From NCBI RefSeq assembly GCF_009914755.1, contig NC_060929.1: a stretch of DNA of 64,000 nucleotides, one strand, 5' to 3'. Below the pieces are notes generated by a model. The model saw only the letters and a program-made list of their open reading frames with translations. It did not search any database and was not told the origin of the DNA. The translations under genes and the position numbers were made by a program. Shown in pieces: positions 1-18,658 of the stretch (the first letter of the stretch is position 1; the number at the start of each line of letters is the position of its first letter). The stretch comes from the human T2T-CHM13v2.0 reference genome, Homo sapiens.

Positions 1-109
1 CCTTGCTGTTAAATATTTCAGGCCCAGGGGCCCTTTCACATGCTGTTTCCTTTGCTTAGAACGCATCTTTCTTCTTCCTGCCCCACCCTTGTTAGATACG
101 CATTCATCT

Positions 110-248
110 GGCCAGACCTGATGGCTCATGCCTGTAATCCCAGCACTTTGGGAGGCCGAGGCAGGAGAATCACTTGAACCTAGGAGTTCGCAACCAGCTC
201 GGGCAACATAGTGGCACCCTGTCTCTACCAAAATAAAAATAAAAAGAA
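110..248 (+). mobile_element. Alu monomer (FLAM-like)
   Basis: ggctcatgcctgtaatcccagcactttggg; TSD agatac(g/a)cattcatc on both sides. Confidence 0.85.
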
Positions 249-1646
249 AGATACACATTCATCCTTTACGTTTCAACTTAAACATTAAAAGATTATTTCC
301 TCAGCCTTTTTATTATGGAGCCTAATCCCAGGTCTAAGTTAAGTCCACCTATTATATCACCCTGTGGTTCTACATAGTTCATCTATCTTTGCTCCAATCT
401 GTACGCTCTTCATAAAGACAGTGACTGATTTTTGTTCACTGTCTCTGTATTTTGCCACTGTTGCAGGTGAATGGAGGAAAATTTTCCTAAATATGATTTG
501 GATTTTCTTTAACCAAATTAATTTTCACTTACCTACATTCAAACATGTCTGTCATTCCTGCTAGTAATAAAGTTTTGCATAAATCTTCCTACATTTAAAT
601 CCCTTGGCTTGGAATTCTTGACCCACGACAGAACTTTGTTTTACAAACTTGCAGATTCTTCTGCATATTGAACTTCCCAGATCACTTATTAAAAATATTA
701 ACGTACTGGCTGTCTTGCAGATGAATGACCTAATTAGACTTGTAGTATCCAAGAATTGCCTGTTTATATTCATCTTTTTCTTTCTGAGTCCCGTGATGAT
801 TAATATTTGATGAATTATATTTTGAATAGCCTCCACATGCATTTTTCTCTTTTGTTCACTTCCTCACCATTTTGCTTCACTTTTTTTTTAACTGCTTCCT
901 TTGTGTCTTTCCCATTCCTTTACCTTTGTTTTCTCCTTGACTTCCTATTGTTGGCCATTGTGGGCATTGTTTAGCATTTTCAGTGGAAAGAATCAGGGGA
1001 AAGAAAATACTAAATCTTAGTATAGTTAATATTTGATATTATCAACGAGAAGTAAGAAATGTTTTGAAAAACACAAATCAGTAGTTTTATATAACTTAAT
1101 AAATTGAACAGATGATCATTTTTTGTAAAAAAAAAAAAAAAAAAACTTTTTAGTTTTTCTTCATGCACAGTTTCATTTAAAGGCATCCGTATTCCTAAGG
1201 GTAATTATTTGCCAAAAAAAAAAAATTAAAGTAGTTAGGCCACAGTGTATGACAGTAAAGAGTGTTTATAAAGCCCTAATAATAATAATAAGTTACCTTT
1301 TTCTGCTTATGTTCACGAAGAACTAGTGTTAGAAAATAGCCTTCTTCACTGTTGGCAAGGTGCAGTGTATATGCAGTAAATAGAAAATAATTATTTCGCT
1401 CAGCAAGATAAGGGGCTGGGGGTGGAGAAACTGGCATAAAATGGAATAATTGTCAGTTGTACTTTATAAATATATTATACAGAAGTTCTTTATAACAGTT
1501 TTTGTAGCTTATAATTCTAAAGGCAAATTTAAACCATATATTCTCATTGATTGAGTTTTTTTTTCCTAGTATTTAAGTTACCAACTTGGTACCAGTTTGT
1601 TTTATTTTAGATGATTGTCTTTTTCCTCTTGCCCTTTTTAAATTAG

Positions 1647-1786
1647 GGGGACTACAGGCCATTGCAGAATTATTGCAAGTGGACTGTGAAATGTACGGGC
1701 TTACTAATGACCACTACAGTATTACACTAAGACGATATGCTGGAATGGCTTTGACAAACTTGACTTTTGGAGATGTAGCCAACAAG
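1647..1786 (+). CDS. APC: APC internal coding exon (c.1409-1548; exon 12 in NM_000038 numbering), armadillo region
   Basis: ttttaaattag|GGGGACTA...AACAAG|gtatgt; 140 nt; translates GLQAIAELLQVDCEMYGLTNDHYSITLRRYAGMALTNLTFGDVANK, the APC armadillo sequence. Confidence 0.98.
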
Positions 1787-2468
1787 GTATGTTTTTATAA
1801 CATGTATTTCTTAAGATAGCTCAGGTATGAGTTAATTTACTTTCATACAAATACATTTTACTGATTTTCTTTTTTTTCACTCTCCTCATTAAACAATGAC
1901 TGATAAAAACCTGTGCTTCACATTCGCTTATCTTTACTCATTTGTTTGTCTTATGCCTAAACAAAGGCAAAGGTACATCTACAGATGGAACACAGTAGTG
2001 AATTTATGTAATTGCATTAAAAACACCATTCATAAGAATATACTTGTAGGGATCATTTCTGTGATCCATTACTAGAGAAGTTTTAACTGTGTAGAATTAA
2101 AAAATAAAAGATAAAACACTTCCTAGGAATGGGATTAAAAATCTAAAAATTCTTAAGACCAAGGCAAGTGTTACACACACATTGATTCCATCCAAATAAG
2201 AGGCTTTACTCTAAAACCTGTTGCTTATCATTTCTCACCACTTATTCACTTTATTTCTCTAGTTTGACAAAGGAAGAACAGATAGCAAAGAATTAGGAGA
2301 ATATTTGTCTTTTATTTAGGTAATCTTATTCTAGATTTTTTATGAGTGAAGTATCAGTTATGATTAAAACAAAATAATGAAAACTGAATTAGACATTTAG
2401 TAGCCAAAAATAAAGCTTGGCTTCAAGTTGTCTTTTTAATGATCCTCTATTCTGTATTTAATTTACAG

Positions 2469-2546
2469 GCTACGCTATGCTCTATGAAAGGCTGCATGAG
2501 AGCACTTGTGGCCCAACTAAAATCTGAAAGTGAAGACTTACAGCAG
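2469..2546 (+). CDS. APC: APC coding exon (c.1549-1626; exon 13)
   Basis: tttacag|GCTACG...CAGCAG|gtact; 78 nt; ATLCSMKGCMRALVAQLKSESEDLQQ; phase 0 matches neighbours. Confidence 0.98.
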
Positions 2547-2594
2547 GTACTATTTAGAATTTCACCTGTTTTTCTTTTTTCTCTTTTTCTTTGA

Positions 2595-2858
<264 letters not shown>

Positions 2859-3394
2859 TGATTTAGATTGTTGCTCAGTATTTAGTATCTCATGTATAAA
2901 AGATAGTTCCATTAACACTAGAAAAAGAAAAATAATTATATTGTGGTTAGACTGTAGGAAATCTTTTTGGCACTGTAGTAGCATTTAGGAGGAATTTAAA
3001 AAAAAAAAAAAAACAGGATCTCCCTCTCTTGCCCAGGCTGGAGTGCAGTGGTGCGATTATGGCTCACAGTAACCTCAAGTTCCTGGGATCCTCCTGCTTC
3101 AGCCTCCCAAGTAGCTAGAACTACTGCAGGCGCATGCCACCATGCCCAGCTAATTTTTAAAAAGTTTTCATAGAGACAGGGTCTCACTGTGTTACCCAGA
3201 AGGTCTTGAACTCCTGGTCTCAGGAGATCCTCCTGCGTCAGCCTCCCAAAGTGATAGGATTACAGGCGTGAGTCACCACGGCTAGCCAGAATTTCTTTCT
3301 TAATAGATTTCTATTCTTACTGCTAGCATTAAAAACAAAAAAGCAACTAGTATGATTTTATGTATAAATTAATCTAAAATTGATTAATTTGCAG

Positions 3395-3511
3395 GTTATT
3401 GCAAGTGTTTTGAGGAATTTGTCTTGGCGAGCAGATGTAAATAGTAAAAAGACGTTGCGAGAAGTTGGAAGTGTGAAAGCATTGATGGAATGTGCTTTAG
3501 AAGTTAAAAAG
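3395..3511 (+). CDS. APC: APC coding exon (c.1627-1743; exon 14)
   Basis: ttgcag|GTTATT...AAAAAG|gtacc; 117 nt; VIASVLRNLSWRADVNSKKTLREVGSVKALMECALEVKK. Confidence 0.98.
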
Positions 3512-3529
3512 GTACCTTTGAAAACATTT

Positions 3530-3690
3530 AGTACTATAATATGAATTTCATGTTTGGCTTTTTTTTGCTGCCTTCTTTTAGCCATGAGATTTCCTAATTT
3601 CTTACCTGTGTATTATTCAGTACTATAATATGAATTTCATGTTTAGCTTTTTTTGCTGCCTTCTTTTAGCCATGAGATTCCCTAATTTCT
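3530..3690 (+). repeat. 89-bp-period tandem duplication at the start of APC intron 14
   Basis: agtactataatatgaatttcatgttt...gccatgagatt.cctaatttctt at 3530 and 3619. Confidence 0.95.
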
Positions 3691-4085
3691 TTTTTGAGAT
3701 GGGATCTCTTTCTCTCGCCCAGGCTGGAGTGCAGTGGTCTGATCTTGGCTCACTGCAACCTCCGTCTCCCATGTTCAAGTGATTCTCCTGCCTCAGCCTC
3801 CTGAGTAGCTGGGATTACAGTGCACGCCACCACTCCCGGCTATTTGTATTTTTAGTAGAGATGGGGTTTCACCATGTTGGTAAGGCTGGTCTCGAACTAC
3901 TCCTGACTTTGTGATCTGCCCAACTCGGCCTCCCAAAGTGCTGGGATTATAGGCGCAAGCCATCACGCCCAGCCTAGATTCCCTAATTTCTTACCTGTTT
4001 ATCTCACCAGTCCATAGTTTTAGAGTACCGCAAACTCCTAAAGTACTAAGGTAGAAAAGATTATATAAGGGGATTTAATGTATAT

Positions 4086-4310
4086 CAGGGTTTCTCTGCC
4101 TCAGCACTATAGACATTTTTGACCAGATAATTCTTCGTTTTGCTGGGGCTGACCTGTGCACTGTAGATTGTTTAGCAGCATCCCTGGCCTTTGCCAACTG
4201 GCTGCCAGTATACCCTCCCCCTAGTTATGCCGATCAAAATTGTCTCCAGATACTGTCAGATGTCTGTGGGAGGGAGGAAGGACAACGTCACCACCAATTA
4301 AGAATCACTG
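4086..4310. mobile_element. MER20 hAT-Charlie element
   Basis: CAGGGTTTCTC...AGAATCACTG ends; internal ttagcagcatccctggcct...aaaattgtctccaga. Confidence 0.85.
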
Positions 4311-4789
4311 GTATAAGTGTACCTTTGTGCTCTCCAAACCTCAATCCCCTCAAATTTTGATGGTCAACTTATCAAGAGGTGATCAGAGCCAAGGGTGAGG
4401 AATCATCAAATAATAATTTGTTTACAGAAGGAAATATCTCCAGGCAGTCCATCTGCTTCAGAAACTAGGCTAAATTTAAAAAGAAAAAAAAAAGTAAACT
4501 TGAAATCTGAGAGGGACCAAGCAAGTTGTCTTAGCTAGTCTAGGTTTCCTTTCACCCAGCTAGTCCTCCTATACCCACAGCCTACATGTTCTTCTTCAAA
4601 ACTTTCCTCTTCAGAGAAGGCAAAAGGTTTGTTTTTTTTTGGTTTAGTTATGCATTTTTGGTAAAGTATATTATTTTGTTCTTGGAAAACCCTTGAAAAT
4701 TTATTAGATAGAAAAGCATTCAGCTAAATTATTAGTTATAAAGATAATATTCAAATATACTTAGCATCTGCATAAAAATACCTGTATCA

Positions 4790-5500
4790 CTGTTGAATGG
4801 AGAGAAGACATTTAAGAAAAGAACATGGCCGATAAGCCCTTGAAAAGATACTTAATATCATTAATCATCAGGGAATACAAATTAAAACAATGAGATACCA
4901 TTATGCATATCATATTGGTTAAAATTTAAAAGATTGACCATGCATTTTCAAGGATGTTGAGCAGCTGGAAATCATGTATTCTGCTAGTGGGAATATAAAA
5001 TGGTATAATCACTTTGGACAACATTTGGCAGTGTTTTTAAGTTAAACATACACCTGCCATATGACCCAACCATTCCACTTCTAAGTATTTACCCAAGAGG
5101 AGCAAAAGTGCTGACACGAAGACTTACACACAAACATCCACAATAATTTATGATAGTCAAAAACTAGAAATAACTATGTCTGTCAGCAGGTGAATGGTAA
5201 GCAAATTGTGGAATATTTGTACAAAGTAATAGGATTCGGCTGTGAAAAAGAATGACTATTGATACATGCAGTAATCTGTAATGACAGAAAACAGATTAGT
5301 GGTGGCCTGGGGTTGGGAGTAGAAGAGAAGGGGAGGATTATGAGAGGGTAGGAAACTTTTGGGGATGATATAAATGTTTGTTATCTTGATTGGACTGGCA
5401 GTTTTATGGGTGTATACATGTATGAAAAATTATCAAATTGTAAACTTGAAATGTGTGCAGTTTACTGTTCTTCAATTATATTTCAATAAAGTTCAAAAAA
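4790..5500 (+). mobile_element. Ancient L1 (L1M) 3' fragment
   Basis: L1 ORF2-end/3'UTR motifs (aaacaatgagataccat, attccacttctaagtatttaccc), ending AATAAA 5485-5490 plus A-tract. Confidence 0.75.
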
Positions 5501-5648
5501 ATTAGTGCTTGCACACTTAAGTACTCCTACTCTAATAACCCTGTGTAGTTTCAGAAGGATTTAATGTGTGTGTGTATTATGAGAATTTGCACTGCTGCTA
5601 ACTGGTTCATGACTTAATTCTCTCTCAAGGACCTAAACTCTTCTATAA

Positions 5649-11528
<5,880 letters not shown>

Positions 11529-12084
11529 AAGAGCACTCGTAAGAAGGATGGCAGTATCACAAAATCAAGCCAGAGATACAGAGATTACTCTAAAAAGTAA
11601 GTGTTCTAATCTAAGATCTTATAATGTGCACTGACTGCAGAAAAATCTTCAATCAATTCTATCTACCTCTTCCAAGATAACTCAATATCAATATCAGAGT
11701 GGCACCCAACCATAGATTAAATTACCACAAAGTTCCTATTCAACATAGGATTTCATGATACAGTTTTTAAATTGGGAAACTGTTATATGAATAGAGTAAA
11801 TGTATGTGCCCCACCCCCTGCAAATGTTTTAAGCTATTGGGTCAGAATAGGAAATGTAGAATTGACAAAAAATAACACCTTTACTTTTTTTAGTGTGACA
11901 GATTAGTACTTTAAAACATTAAACATTACATGAAATTAGAAAGAACAAAAGGAGATGTGGAATACTTGGAATTTATAGGATAATTGGTACAATCATATTA
12001 TGCCTTTTGTCTTCTATCCTTTTATTTGTTGTTACTGCATACACATTGTGACCTTAATTTTGTGATCTCTTGATTTTATTTCAG

Positions 12085-15000
12085 GCAAATCCTAAGAGAG
12101 AACAACTGTCTACAAACTTTATTACAACACTTAAAATCTCATAGTTTGACAATAGTCAGTAATGCATGTGGAACTTTGTGGAATCTCTCAGCAAGAAATC
12201 CTAAAGACCAGGAAGCATTATGGGACATGGGGGCAGTTAGCATGCTCAAGAACCTCATTCATTCAAAGCACAAAATGATTGCTATGGGAAGTGCTGCAGC
12301 TTTAAGGAATCTCATGGCAAATAGGCCTGCGAAGTACAAGGATGCCAATATTATGTCTCCTGGCTCAAGCTTGCCATCTCTTCATGTTAGGAAACAAAAA
12401 GCCCTAGAAGCAGAATTAGATGCTCAGCACTTATCAGAAACTTTTGACAATATAGACAATTTAAGTCCCAAGGCATCTCATCGTAGTAAGCAGAGACACA
12501 AGCAAAGTCTCTATGGTGATTATGTTTTTGACACCAATCGACATGATGATAATAGGTCAGACAATTTTAATACTGGCAACATGACTGTCCTTTCACCATA
12601 TTTGAATACTACAGTGTTACCCAGCTCCTCTTCATCAAGAGGAAGCTTAGATAGTTCTCGTTCTGAAAAAGATAGAAGTTTGGAGAGAGAACGCGGAATT
12701 GGTCTAGGCAACTACCATCCAGCAACAGAAAATCCAGGAACTTCTTCAAAGCGAGGTTTGCAGATCTCCACCACTGCAGCCCAGATTGCCAAAGTCATGG
12801 AAGAAGTGTCAGCCATTCATACCTCTCAGGAAGACAGAAGTTCTGGGTCTACCACTGAATTACATTGTGTGACAGATGAGAGAAATGCACTTAGAAGAAG
12901 CTCTGCTGCCCATACACATTCAAACACTTACAATTTCACTAAGTCGGAAAATTCAAATAGGACATGTTCTATGCCTTATGCCAAATTAGAATACAAGAGA
13001 TCTTCAAATGATAGTTTAAATAGTGTCAGTAGTAGTGATGGTTATGGTAAAAGAGGTCAAATGAAACCCTCGATTGAATCCTATTCTGAAGATGATGAAA
13101 GTAAGTTTTGCAGTTATGGTCAATACCCAGCCGACCTAGCCCATAAAATACATAGTGCAAATCATATGGATGATAATGATGGAGAACTAGATACACCAAT
13201 AAATTATAGTCTTAAATATTCAGATGAGCAGTTGAACTCTGGAAGGCAAAGTCCTTCACAGAATGAAAGATGGGCAAGACCCAAACACATAATAGAAGAT
13301 GAAATAAAACAAAGTGAGCAAAGACAATCAAGGAATCAAAGTACAACTTATCCTGTTTATACTGAGAGCACTGATGATAAACACCTCAAGTTCCAACCAC
13401 ATTTTGGACAGCAGGAATGTGTTTCTCCATACAGGTCACGGGGAGCCAATGGTTCAGAAACAAATCGAGTGGGTTCTAATCATGGAATTAATCAAAATGT
13501 AAGCCAGTCTTTGTGTCAAGAAGATGACTATGAAGATGATAAGCCTACCAATTATAGTGAACGTTACTCTGAAGAAGAACAGCATGAAGAAGAAGAGAGA
13601 CCAACAAATTATAGCATAAAATATAATGAAGAGAAACGTCATGTGGATCAGCCTATTGATTATAGTTTAAAATATGCCACAGATATTCCTTCATCACAGA
13701 AACAGTCATTTTCATTCTCAAAGAGTTCATCTGGACAAAGCAGTAAAACCGAACATATGTCTTCAAGCAGTGAGAATACGTCCACACCTTCATCTAATGC
13801 CAAGAGGCAGAATCAGCTCCATCCAAGTTCTGCACAGAGTAGAAGTGGTCAGCCTCAAAAGGCTGCCACTTGCAAAGTTTCTTCTATTAACCAAGAAACA
13901 ATACAGACTTATTGTGTAGAAGATACTCCAATATGTTTTTCAAGATGTAGTTCATTATCATCTTTGTCATCAGCTGAAGATGAAATAGGATGTAATCAGA
14001 CGACACAGGAAGCAGATTCTGCTAATACCCTGCAAATAGCAGAAATAAAAGAAAAGATTGGAACTAGGTCAGCTGAAGATCCTGTGAGCGAAGTTCCAGC
14101 AGTGTCACAGCACCCTAGAACCAAATCCAGCAGACTGCAGGGTTCTAGTTTATCTTCAGAATCAGCCAGGCACAAAGCTGTTGAATTTTCTTCAGGAGCG
14201 AAATCTCCCTCCAAAAGTGGTGCTCAGACACCCAAAAGTCCACCTGAACACTATGTTCAGGAGACCCCACTCATGTTTAGCAGATGTACTTCTGTCAGTT
14301 CACTTGATAGTTTTGAGAGTCGTTCGATTGCCAGCTCCGTTCAGAGTGAACCATGCAGTGGAATGGTAAGTGGCATTATAAGCCCCAGTGATCTTCCAGA
14401 TAGCCCTGGACAAACCATGCCACCAAGCAGAAGTAAAACACCTCCACCACCTCCTCAAACAGCTCAAACCAAGCGAGAAGTACCTAAAAATAAAGCACCT
14501 ACTGCTGAAAAGAGAGAGAGTGGACCTAAGCAAGCTGCAGTAAATGCTGCAGTTCAGAGGGTCCAGGTTCTTCCAGATGCTGATACTTTATTACATTTTG
14601 CCACAGAAAGTACTCCAGATGGATTTTCTTGTTCATCCAGCCTGAGTGCTCTGAGCCTCGATGAGCCATTTATACAGAAAGATGTGGAATTAAGAATAAT
14701 GCCTCCAGTTCAGGAAAATGACAATGGGAATGAAACAGAATCAGAGCAGCCTAAAGAATCAAATGAAAACCAAGAGAAAGAGGCAGAAAAAACTATTGAT
14801 TCTGAAAAGGACCTATTAGATGATTCAGATGATGATGATATTGAAATACTAGAAGAATGTATTATTTCTGCCATGCCAACAAAGTCATCACGTAAAGCAA
14901 AAAAGCCAGCCCAGACTGCTTCAAAATTACCTCCACCTGTGGCAAGGAAACCAAGTCAGCTGCCTGTGTACAAACTTCTACCATCACAAAACAGGTTGCA

Positions 15001-18000
15001 ACCCCAAAAGCATGTTAGTTTTACACCGGGGGATGATATGCCACGGGTGTATTGTGTTGAAGGGACACCTATAAACTTTTCCACAGCTACATCTCTAAGT
15101 GATCTAACAATCGAATCCCCTCCAAATGAGTTAGCTGCTGGAGAAGGAGTTAGAGGAGGAGCACAGTCAGGTGAATTTGAAAAACGAGATACCATTCCTA
15201 CAGAAGGCAGAAGTACAGATGAGGCTCAAGGAGGAAAAACCTCATCTGTAACCATACCTGAATTGGATGACAATAAAGCAGAGGAAGGTGATATTCTTGC
15301 AGAATGCATTAATTCTGCTATGCCCAAAGGGAAAAGTCACAAGCCTTTCCGTGTGAAAAAGATAATGGACCAGGTCCAGCAAGCATCTGCGTCGTCTTCT
15401 GCACCCAACAAAAATCAGTTAGATGGTAAGAAAAAGAAACCAACTTCACCAGTAAAACCTATACCACAAAATACTGAATATAGGACACGTGTAAGAAAAA
15501 ATGCAGACTCAAAAAATAATTTAAATGCTGAGAGAGTTTTCTCAGACAACAAAGATTCAAAGAAACAGAATTTGAAAAATAATTCCAAGGACTTCAATGA
15601 TAAGCTCCCAAATAATGAAGATAGAGTCAGAGGAAGTTTTGCTTTTGATTCACCTCATCATTACACGCCTATTGAAGGAACTCCTTACTGTTTTTCACGA
15701 AATGATTCTTTGAGTTCTCTAGATTTTGATGATGATGATGTTGACCTTTCCAGGGAAAAGGCTGAATTAAGAAAGGCAAAAGAAAATAAGGAATCAGAGG
15801 CTAAAGTTACCAGCCACACAGAACTAACCTCCAACCAACAATCAGCTAATAAGACACAAGCTATTGCAAAGCAGCCAATAAATCGAGGTCAGCCTAAACC
15901 CATACTTCAGAAACAATCCACTTTTCCCCAGTCATCCAAAGACATACCAGACAGAGGGGCAGCAACTGATGAAAAGTTACAGAATTTTGCTATTGAAAAT
16001 ACTCCAGTTTGCTTTTCTCATAATTCCTCTCTGAGTTCTCTCAGTGACATTGACCAAGAAAACAACAATAAAGAAAATGAACCTATCAAAGAGACTGAGC
16101 CCCCTGACTCACAGGGAGAACCAAGTAAACCTCAAGCATCAGGCTATGCTCCTAAATCATTTCATGTTGAAGATACCCCAGTTTGTTTCTCAAGAAACAG
16201 TTCTCTCAGTTCTCTTAGTATTGACTCTGAAGATGACCTGTTGCAGGAATGTATAAGCTCCGCAATGCCAAAAAAGAAAAAGCCTTCAAGACTCAAGGGT
16301 GATAATGAAAAACATAGTCCCAGAAATATGGGTGGCATATTAGGTGAAGATCTGACACTTGATTTGAAAGATATACAGAGACCAGATTCAGAACATGGTC
16401 TATCCCCTGATTCAGAAAATTTTGATTGGAAAGCTATTCAGGAAGGTGCAAATTCCATAGTAAGTAGTTTACATCAAGCTGCTGCTGCTGCATGTTTATC
16501 TAGACAAGCTTCGTCTGATTCAGATTCCATCCTTTCCCTGAAATCAGGAATCTCTCTGGGATCACCATTTCATCTTACACCTGATCAAGAAGAAAAACCC
16601 TTTACAAGTAATAAAGGCCCACGAATTCTAAAACCAGGGGAGAAAAGTACATTGGAAACTAAAAAGATAGAATCTGAAAGTAAAGGAATCAAAGGAGGAA
16701 AAAAAGTTTATAAAAGTTTGATTACTGGAAAAGTTCGATCTAATTCAGAAATTTCAGGCCAAATGAAACAGCCCCTTCAAGCAAACATGCCTTCAATCTC
16801 TCGAGGCAGGACAATGATTCATATTCCAGGAGTTCGAAATAGCTCCTCAAGTACAAGTCCTGTTTCTAAAAAAGGCCCACCCCTTAAGACTCCAGCCTCC
16901 AAAAGCCCTAGTGAAGGTCAAACAGCCACCACTTCTCCTAGAGGAGCCAAGCCATCTGTGAAATCAGAATTAAGCCCTGTTGCCAGGCAGACATCCCAAA
17001 TAGGTGGGTCAAGTAAAGCACCTTCTAGATCAGGATCTAGAGATTCGACCCCTTCAAGACCTGCCCAGCAACCATTAAGTAGACCTATACAGTCTCCTGG
17101 CCGAAACTCAATTTCCCCTGGTAGAAATGGAATAAGTCCTCCTAACAAATTATCTCAACTTCCAAGGACATCATCCCCTAGTACTGCTTCAACTAAGTCC
17201 TCAGGTTCTGGAAAAATGTCATATACATCTCCAGGTAGACAGATGAGCCAACAGAACCTTACCAAACAAACAGGTTTATCCAAGAATGCCAGTAGTATTC
17301 CAAGAAGTGAGTCTGCCTCCAAAGGACTAAATCAGATGAATAATGGTAATGGAGCCAATAAAAAGGTAGAACTTTCTAGAATGTCTTCAACTAAATCAAG
17401 TGGAAGTGAATCTGATAGATCAGAAAGACCTGTATTAGTACGCCAGTCAACTTTCATCAAAGAAGCTCCAAGCCCAACCTTAAGAAGAAAATTGGAGGAA
17501 TCTGCTTCATTTGAATCTCTTTCTCCATCATCTAGACCAGCTTCTCCCACTAGGTCCCAGGCACAAACTCCAGTTTTAAGTCCTTCCCTTCCTGATATGT
17601 CTCTATCCACACATTCGTCTGTTCAGGCTGGTGGATGGCGAAAACTCCCACCTAATCTCAGTCCCACTATAGAGTATAATGATGGAAGACCAGCAAAGCG
17701 CCATGATATTGCACGGTCTCATTCTGAAAGTCCTTCTAGACTTCCAATCAATAGGTCAGGAACCTGGAAACGTGAGCACAGCAAACATTCATCATCCCTT
17801 CCTCGAGTAAGCACTTGGAGAAGAACTGGAAGTTCATCTTCAATTCTTTCTGCTTCATCAGAATCCAGTGAAAAAGCAAAAAGTGAGGATGAAAAACATG
17901 TGAACTCTATTTCAGGAACCAAACAAAGTAAAGAAAACCAAGTATCCGCAAAAGGAACATGGAGAAAAATAAAAGAAAATGAATTTTCTCCCACAAATAG

Positions 18001-18658
18001 TACTTCTCAGACCGTTTCCTCAGGTGCTACAAATGGTGCTGAATCAAAGACTCTAATTTATCAAATGGCACCTGCTGTTTCTAAAACAGAGGATGTTTGG
18101 GTGAGAATTGAGGACTGTCCCATTAACAATCCTAGATCTGGAAGATCTCCCACAGGTAATACTCCCCCGGTGATTGACAGTGTTTCAGAAAAGGCAAATC
18201 CAAACATTAAAGATTCAAAAGATAATCAGGCAAAACAAAATGTGGGTAATGGCAGTGTTCCCATGCGTACCGTGGGTTTGGAAAATCGCCTGAACTCCTT
18301 TATTCAGGTGGATGCCCCTGACCAAAAAGGAACTGAGATAAAACCAGGACAAAATAATCCTGTCCCTGTATCAGAGACTAATGAAAGTTCTATAGTGGAA
18401 CGTACCCCATTCAGTTCTAGCAGCTCAAGCAAACACAGTTCACCTAGTGGGACTGTTGCTGCCAGAGTGACTCCTTTTAATTACAACCCAAGCCCTAGGA
18501 AAAGCAGCGCAGATAGCACTTCAGCTCGGCCATCTCAGATCCCAACTCCAGTGAATAACAACACAAAGAAGCGAGATTCCAAAACTGACAGCACAGAATC
18601 CAGTGGAACCCAAAGTCCTAAGCGCCATTCTGGGTCTTACCTTGTGACATCTGTTTAA
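12085..18658 (+). CDS. APC: APC terminal coding exon (c.1959-8532; exon 16): last armadillo repeats, 15- and 20-aa beta-catenin-binding repeats, three SAMP axin-binding motifs, basic domain, EB1-binding region, C-terminal PDZ ligand VTSV
   Basis: ttttatttcag|GCAAATCC; open to TAA at 18656-18658; 6574 nt fits c.1959-8532; SAMP codons at 14867-14878, 15314-15325 and 16259-16270; repeated TPxxFSxxxSLSxL motifs. Confidence 0.99.

Noticed and set aside
5485-5490. Sense L1-derived AATAAA in APC intron 14 as a premature polyA site
   Set aside because: Such hexamers are common in AT-rich introns; nothing here shows usage.
12146-12148. ORF-track start of the 2170-aa ORF
   Set aside because: It is a TTG within the exon; the coding sequence enters by splicing at 12085, so this is not an independent gene.
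12520-17994. Antisense and alternative-frame ORFs inside the APC terminal exon
   Set aside because: Short shadow ORFs expected from the codon bias of a long coding exon; no recognisable protein.
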